A stretch of DNA of 64,000 nt from an uncultured Coraliomargarita sp. (lineage in GTDB: Bacteria > Verrucomicrobiota > Verrucomicrobiia > Opitutales > Coraliomargaritaceae): contig CAYYSE010000002.1 of the NCBI GenBank assembly GCA_964474105.1, positions 2,032 through 66,031 on the forward strand, in the 5' to 3' direction. Within the stretch, counting starts at the first letter, position 1. The number at the start of each line of letters is the position of its first letter. Below the pieces are notes generated by a model. It worked only from the letters and a program-made list of their open reading frames with translations. It made no database searches and was not told the DNA's origin. This document shows positions 59,301 through 64,000 of the stretch, in pieces. Made by a program: the position numbers and the translations under genes.

Positions 59301-60325
59301 ACTCACGCTCCCAGTCAGAAGTTGATCAAGTCGCTGCCGCCGGATTTAGCGAGGTTTACAATCCGGTGAAGCCCTATCTGGACGAGCTGGACCTTTTTCT
59401 CCAGTCACAGATCGCACAGTTGGAGCCGGAAGTGCAGGAGCACGTGCGCTACGTTTTCAGCCATAGTGGCAAGCGGCTGCGGCCGATGCTGGTGGCTTAC
59501 GGCGGCTGGCAGGGCCCGGCAGCCAACCGCCCGGCGGAGCTGGTGCGGCTGGGATCGATCATCGAATTGGTCCATCTTGCGACACTGGTGCACGACGATA
59601 TTCTGGATGAGGCGGATACCCGCCACCGCCAGCAGACGGCGGCCAGAAAATTCGGCCCCGCTGCCGCCGTCTTGATCGGTGATGTGCTGTTTTCGCACGC
59701 GTTGAAACTGGCCGCCGAATTTGAAACGACCGAGGTCTGCCGCGTCGTCGCCCAGGCGACCGCCCGCGTCTGTGCCGGGGAGATCGCGCAGACCTACCAG
59801 CGCGGCGAGGTCAACTACAGCCGCGATTTTTACTTTCGCGTGATTCAGCTCAAGACCGCTGAGCTGTTTGAAGTCGCCTGTGCGCTGGGGGCTAAAGTCG
59901 GCGGTTATTCGCCGGACTTCAGTGAGGCTGCCGGCCGCTTTGGCCGTCACCTCGGTATTGCTTATCAGATTTTTGATGACCTGGTGGACCTCTACGCCGA
60001 GGAGTCGATGATCGGCAAGACCCTCGGCACCGATCTCGAAAAAGGGAAATTCACCTTGCCGCTGTTGCTGCTGCTGGAAAAGGTGACGCCTGCTGAGCGC
60101 GACGGGTTGCTGGCCCGTTTCAAGTCCGGCGACAGCACCGTCGCGGCGGAGTTTACCCAGCGCTTGCATGATTTCCCGATCTTTGAGGAAGTGGTGGAGG
60201 TCTTCGAAGCGGAGCTGGCCAAGGCCACCGCTGCAGTCGCGCCTTTCAGGGAACTTGCACCGGTGCCCGCCATGCAAAGGATTGCCGGGCTGGTCCGCGC
60301 ACAGCTGAGTCGCATTTCGCGATGA
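59297..60325 (+). CDS. Long-chain trans-polyprenyl diphosphate synthase (IspB/HepT-like)
   Basis: GKRLRP, ELVHLATLVHDDILD, RHRQ, A.LIGD, KTA.LF, AYQIFDDLVD and GK.LGTDL..GK.TLP. Confidence 0.92.
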   Translation: MNSRSQSEVDQVAAAGFSEVYNPVKPYLDELDLFLQSQIAQLEPEVQEHVRYVFSHSGKRLRPMLVAYGGWQGPAANRPAELVRLGSIIELVHLATLVHDDILDEADTRHRQQTAARKFGPAAAVLIGDVLFSHALKLAAEFETTEVCRVVAQATARVCAGEIAQTYQRGEVNYSRDFYFRVIQLKTAELFEVACALGAKVGGYSPDFSEAAGRFGRHLGIAYQIFDDLVDLYAEESMIGKTLGTDLEKGKFTLPLLLLLEKVTPAERDGLLARFKSGDSTVAAEFTQRLHDFPIFEEVVEVFEAELAKATAAVAPFRELAPVPAMQRIAGLVRAQLSRISR

Positions 60326-60443
60326 AATATTATTGCAAAGCGTGACGGGGCACGATGCGCTGTGCTCCTGCTCGCTCACCGTGTCATTGACGAACCCCGC
60401 GCCGGGAGTTCTCCGCAAATGAGCAGCCACTTTTCTAAATTCT

Positions 60444-61919
60444 ATGGATACCGCAATTGTGACCGGGGCGGAAACCCCGCTCGGCCTCCGCATCGTTCAA
60501 ACGCTGGTCCAGCAGGGCTGCCGCGTTCACGGCATCGGTAATAATTTCTCCAAGGTCACCTACGCCGACCCCCAGTTTAAAGGGCACGCGGTGGATCTGA
60601 CGGATCTCGCCGCCGTCGTGTCGATTTTGGAACAGATTCTGGAGACGGAGCAGCGTCTCGATATCCTGATTCACGCGATCGATGTGACCCCGGGGACCGC
60701 ATTTGACAAATTACCGCCCGGCAACCTCGAAGCTATTCTCAAAATCGGCCTGCTCGGGCCGGTCATGATGACGCGGCTCGCGCTGCCGAATCTGCTGCGC
60801 TTCCGCGGTCAGCTCATCAATGTGATCACGGCCAACAAGCACGGCCATCCGGCCAGCGCGGCCAATGCGCTGATCGAGGGCGGACTCCGCGGGATGAACC
60901 AGGCGCTGTTCGATCAGGCGCGTGATGCCGGCTTGCGCATCACCAACTGCCTGCTGCGGCAAAACACCCGGCTCTCCGGTGCCAGGGTGGGCGATGAGGC
61001 GATCGCCCAGGCGCATATCAACCTGGCGGATGTCACCCGCACTATCGAACAACTGATCGATCCGAAGGCTGTCAATGTGCCCGCCGAGATCGTGCTCCAC
61101 CCCCGCCTGGCAGCAACGGGTGAAGCTGCCCTGCCGAAGACTCCGTTGCCGCTCGACCCCTACGCCGCAGTTGTGCTGCCGCCCAAGGAATACTTCCCGC
61201 CGGAGCAACCCAGCATCCCCACCGAGAAGCGACAGCAGATCGAACGCACGATTCCCTACACCGACGAGGAGATGGAGGACAAGATCGCCGCCGCCATCGA
61301 AGATTTTGAGGCCCATCCCGAGCGCTATGACCAGCCGGACCGGCCCCCCGCCAAACGCCCGCAGCAGCCGGACCGCCCGCCGGTGAAACAAGCGGAACAG
61401 CGTGGCCCGGCGCAAGGTCAGGATAATTCGCAGCCGGGTCATCCGCCCACCGAAGGACAGGGCAAGAACAAGCGCCGCCGCCGCCGTGGTGGCCGCAACC
61501 GCAACAAGTCCGCGCATGCAGGCGGTGAGGCGAAGCCGCAGGAGACCACTGCCCCGCAGGAACAAGAGAAATCGCAGCAAGTGCAATTGCGCCCGGCGCC
61601 GCAGTCCAGCCAGTCAGGCCGGCGGGATGCGGCAGCACCACCGCTGCTCAAGTCAACCGAGTCGCCACGCCCGGAGGCGTTGCAACCCAAGCCGAAAGCT
61701 TCCTCTAAAAAGGAGGAAGCTGCCAAGCCCACTTTGTCCACTCCGGTAAAAAAATCAGTAGCCAAAAAAGCGACGAAAAAAGCGACGAAAAAAGCGACAA
61801 AAAAGGCGGCCAAAAAAACGGCCAAAAAAACGGTGAAAAAAACCGCTACGAAAAAAACTGCGAAGAAGGTGGCCACGAAAAAAACGGTGAAGCCGGCCAC
61901 CCCGTCGGCTGCGGATTAA
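60444..61919 (+). CDS. Atypical SDR-fold protein with a long disordered tail (Arg-rich, then KK-repeat histone-H1-like)
   Basis: AIVTGAETPLG (degenerate TGxxxGxG), VDLTD, LDILIH and P.EIVLHP; no YxxxK. Followed by KRRRRRGGRNRNK and (KKAT/KKTA/KKTV) repeats. Confidence 0.7.
   Translation: MDTAIVTGAETPLGLRIVQTLVQQGCRVHGIGNNFSKVTYADPQFKGHAVDLTDLAAVVSILEQILETEQRLDILIHAIDVTPGTAFDKLPPGNLEAILKIGLLGPVMMTRLALPNLLRFRGQLINVITANKHGHPASAANALIEGGLRGMNQALFDQARDAGLRITNCLLRQNTRLSGARVGDEAIAQAHINLADVTRTIEQLIDPKAVNVPAEIVLHPRLAATGEAALPKTPLPLDPYAAVVLPPKEYFPPEQPSIPTEKRQQIERTIPYTDEEMEDKIAAAIEDFEAHPERYDQPDRPPAKRPQQPDRPPVKQAEQRGPAQGQDNSQPGHPPTEGQGKNKRRRRRGGRNRNKSAHAGGEAKPQETTAPQEQEKSQQVQLRPAPQSSQSGRRDAAAPPLLKSTESPRPEALQPKPKASSKKEEAAKPTLSTPVKKSVAKKATKKATKKATKKAAKKTAKKTVKKTATKKTAKKVATKKTVKPATPSAAD
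61749..61889 (+). repeat. Imperfect 12-bp tandem repeat (AAAAAAGCGACG-type) encoding KKxx units
   Basis: AAAAAAGCGACG twice exactly (61764-61787), then eight diverged KKxx units with two single-codon insertions. Confidence 0.93.
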
Positions 61920-61930
61920 TGCTTTTTTTC

Positions 61931-62130
61931 GAGCTGGCATCATCTGGTGTTGCGGGGGAATGCGTTCTTAATGGTTCAGACTTGTGTGCGCTTGATTCAG
62001 TGTCGTCACCTTTGATCAGGCCCGGGTGAACCAGGGGAAGGGCGAGCACTTCGTCGCGCTCAAGCACGCCTGAGGTTATAGCTGAAAAACATTAAGATTT
62101 AGCTCTGTTCTCACTGATTGGCGTTAGTTC
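61931..62130 (+). ncRNA. Candidate structured ncRNA (~200-nt irregular rod); identity unknown
   Basis: Nested manual pairings: TCTTAATG/CATTAAGA, TTCAG/CTGAA, GTGCGCTTGA/TCAAGCACGC, AGTG/CACT, CCTT/AAGG and an apical CCCGG..CCAGGG. Several outer pairs are G-U on the plus strand. Confidence 0.3.
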
Positions 62131-62139
62131 TGCTACAAT
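62131..62139 (+). promoter_or_regulatory. Extended -10 element TGCTACAAT, putative promoter for 62239 onward
   Basis: Fits TGnTAnAAT about 100 bp upstream of the ORF; no good -35 is present. Confidence 0.35.
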
Positions 62140-62238
62140 CTGTTTTCTGGGGTGCTGGATTTTCGCCGCCGCAGAAAAGACGGTCACCTTCTTCACCGCA
62201 GTTCGATTGCTCCTGCATCATAAAGCGCACAATTTTTT

Positions 62239-63093
62239 ATGTTTATTATTCACCAAAGTCTCGTCGCCGACGGATCTTATTTCGATAACTCCGAGCCCCA
62301 GCGGCGGCGCCATTTCCGGGGCCGGAATCGTCTGGCAGTTACCGGTGTGGACTGGAACACAGGTGCCGCCATCCCGGTCGATCCACCGGACTGGGACGAT
62401 ATGATCGATTCCAGTTTGCGCATCGGTGTCAATGCCGCGAAAAAAACGTTCAAGCCGGCACTGCTGATATGGGCCGTCATGATTGGCATCGCTGCTTTAT
62501 ATTATCTGTTACCCGCCTCCCGCGGGATTTTTGATGCGATAACCGCGTTTCAAAATCGCACCGGCGTCTATTTTGCCTCCATTGGGATGGGCCTCGCGGT
62601 GGGCGTATTGGTGGAATGTGTCAAAGTCTTGACCAGCACGGAAAAACGCTGGACCCGCGCCAATACGGTCAACGGCACTTTTAACTTCCTGGTATTCGGG
62701 GTAATGGGGGTGACCCAGTATTACCGTTATGCCTGGCAAGTTGAGGTCTTCGGTGCGGGCAATTCCTTTCGGGAACTGACGGCGAAAGTTCTGTTTGATC
62801 AATTCATCTGGACGGTGCTCTTCGCCAACCCTTATCAGGCGATTCTCTACCTGTGGAAAAACAACGGGTTTGTCTGGAAGCCGGTGTTTGAGCTGATGTC
62901 GCCCTTCCGCACATTTTGGGGCACACAAATGCTGCCGGTACTGATTTCCAATTGGGCCTTCTGGATCCCGATGGCCTACCTCGTCTATTTCTTTCCACCC
63001 GAACTGCAGGTGCCGATGGCGATACTGGCCGTGTCCATTTGGGTGGTGCTGCTCTCCTTTTTGACCGCCAAGACAAGCGATGCTGAATCCTGA
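62239..63093 (+). CDS. Mpv17/PMP22-like membrane protein
   Basis: Multi-TM; KVLFDQFIWTVLFANP and ISNWAFWIP...YFFPPELQV......W.VLLS resemble the family signature. Alternative start ATG 62401. Confidence 0.6.
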   Translation: MFIIHQSLVADGSYFDNSEPQRRRHFRGRNRLAVTGVDWNTGAAIPVDPPDWDDMIDSSLRIGVNAAKKTFKPALLIWAVMIGIAALYYLLPASRGIFDAITAFQNRTGVYFASIGMGLAVGVLVECVKVLTSTEKRWTRANTVNGTFNFLVFGVMGVTQYYRYAWQVEVFGAGNSFRELTAKVLFDQFIWTVLFANPYQAILYLWKNNGFVWKPVFELMSPFRTFWGTQMLPVLISNWAFWIPMAYLVYFFPPELQVPMAILAVSIWVVLLSFLTAKTSDAES

Positions 63094-64000
63094 AGAAAAT
63101 CCTTCCATCCCGCTGCCGCCCTTCATGGCCGTCGGTACCTTCGTGGTCGATTATCACAAGGTGGTGGATCATTACCCGCGGGAGCGCAGCAGTGCAGGTG
63201 TGAAGCGCGAGTGTATGAGTAATGGGGGAGCACCGTTAAATACGCTCATAAACCTGGCCAATCTCCAGGTGGATTTCCCGCTTTATGCTGCTGCCAAGGT
63301 GGGACAGGATCTGGATGGAAAGCTGATCCTCGAGTGCTGCCACAGTCACCGGATTGATACCTCTCAGATTATTGCGGTCGAAGGGAGCAGCACCGGCTAT
63401 ACGGATGTCTATACCGTGGAATCCACCGGTCGCCATACCTGTTTCCATTTTTCCGGGATCGGCGATACCTTTTCCCGCAAAGATGTGAAGCTGCGTGCCG
63501 TAAAGCCCAGGATGCTGTTTCTGGGTTCGCTGGGTGCGCTGGGTAAGTTGGATACCCATAATCCTGAATATGGGCGCACGGGTGCCGCGCAGTTGGTGCG
63601 TGATGCCCGTAAACAAAAGATTATTACAGTGGTCGAAATTGCCCCGATCGAACGCAACTCCACTATTGCGGATTATGCCGGGACTCTAGCGGAAGCGGAC
63701 TACCTGATTACCAACGACCGTTTGGTGGAGGAGTTGATGGGTATCGAGCTAAGCACTGAGGGGCAGTTGGACCCGGACTTGGCTCGGGTAGCCGCTCAGA
63801 AACTGCTCGACCTTGGCCTGCGCTCGGCCGTCATCATATGTGCCGGTGCTGCGGCGGTGCACCTTGGGGTCGATGGTGCGTTTAGCTGCATCAGCGGTCA
63901 TCTGCTCCCGGCGGGGCAGCGGGTGGGATCGGCCGGGGTCGATCATGCCTTCGCCGCAGGTTTTCTGGAAGGGCTGTATCACAATAAGCCGATGGAGCTT
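63080..64000 (+). CDS. PfkB/ribokinase-family carbohydrate kinase, 3'-truncated by the window (absent from the ORF track)
   Basis: My translation is open from ATG 63080 to the window end: VGTFVVDY, NGGAPLN..INLANL, KVGQDLDG, STGYTDV, TNDR and GSAGVDHAFAAGFL.GL. Confidence 0.82.
   Translation, partial: MLNPEENPSIPLPPFMAVGTFVVDYHKVVDHYPRERSSAGVKRECMSNGGAPLNTLINLANLQVDFPLYAAAKVGQDLDGKLILECCHSHRIDTSQIIAVEGSSTGYTDVYTVESTGRHTCFHFSGIGDTFSRKDVKLRAVKPRMLFLGSLGALGKLDTHNPEYGRTGAAQLVRDARKQKIITVVEIAPIERNSTIADYAGTLAEADYLITNDRLVEELMGIELSTEGQLDPDLARVAAQKLLDLGLRSAVIICAGAAAVHLGVDGAFSCISGHLLPAGQRVGSAGVDHAFAAGFLEGLYHNKPMEL

Noticed and set aside
7910-61586. Long antisense or alternate-frame ORFs (e.g. 7910-8911, 9324-10424, 40160-41062, 43002-44108, 47467-48615, 49692-51026, 59405-60493, 60711-61586)
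   Set aside because: They shadow well-supported genes in GC-rich DNA, where off-frame stops are rare, and have no recognisable motifs.
62010-62050. SRP (4.5S) RNA identity for the rod-like region
   Set aside because: TCAGG precedes a hairpin, but the GNRA loop and the directly following AGCA of SRP helix 8 are not in register.
1-64000. CRISPR array, tRNA, rRNA, tmRNA, RNase P RNA
   Set aside because: No regularly spaced repeat-spacer series and none of the conserved signatures were seen by eye. A covariance search was not possible.

Overview
A GC-rich bacterial chromosome segment. Gene content and protein style suggest Verrucomicrobiota, probably an Opitutae or Coraliomargarita-like lineage; this is inference. 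In order, the window holds: the 3' part of a giant (>2550 aa) repetitive surface protein with a 25-Gly tract; prfB with its +1 programmed frameshift; a coupled GspS-like ATP-grasp ligase; a long-type REP-associated tyrosine transposase (RAYT); glgP; miaB; a cytidylyltransferase/GHMP-kinase fusion; tyrS; a compact secretin-PilM/N-PilO-PilP-PilB (T4P/T2SS-like) cluster running into mreBCD-mrdA; lnt; tdh-kbl; an AraC/Na+:solute symporter/YphG-like (DUF5107) locus; a group-2-like sigma70; trpE; ruvB; an AbrB antitoxin with an internally deleted VapC; a Tat-exported Gfo/Idh/MocA enzyme; an Opp/Dpp ABC transporter; an OprD-like porin pseudogene; a tripartite RND pump; a META lipoprotein; a polyprenyl synthase; a degenerate SDR fused to a histone-H1-like tail; an Mpv17/PMP22-like protein; and a truncated PfkB kinase. 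The most striking non-coding structure is a ~190-bp element present twice in opposite orientation (15779-15969 and 29838-30026). It is a GTAG-footed REP doublet wrapped in 29-bp AT-rich inverted arms, lying 4 and 18 kb from the RAYT. Further GTAG/GGAG-footed hairpins occur at about 41.2, 42.8 and 46.0 kb, and a ~200-nt rod-like candidate ncRNA at 61.9-62.1 kb. I saw no rRNA, tRNA or CRISPR array. All domain calls come from motif recognition, not database searches.
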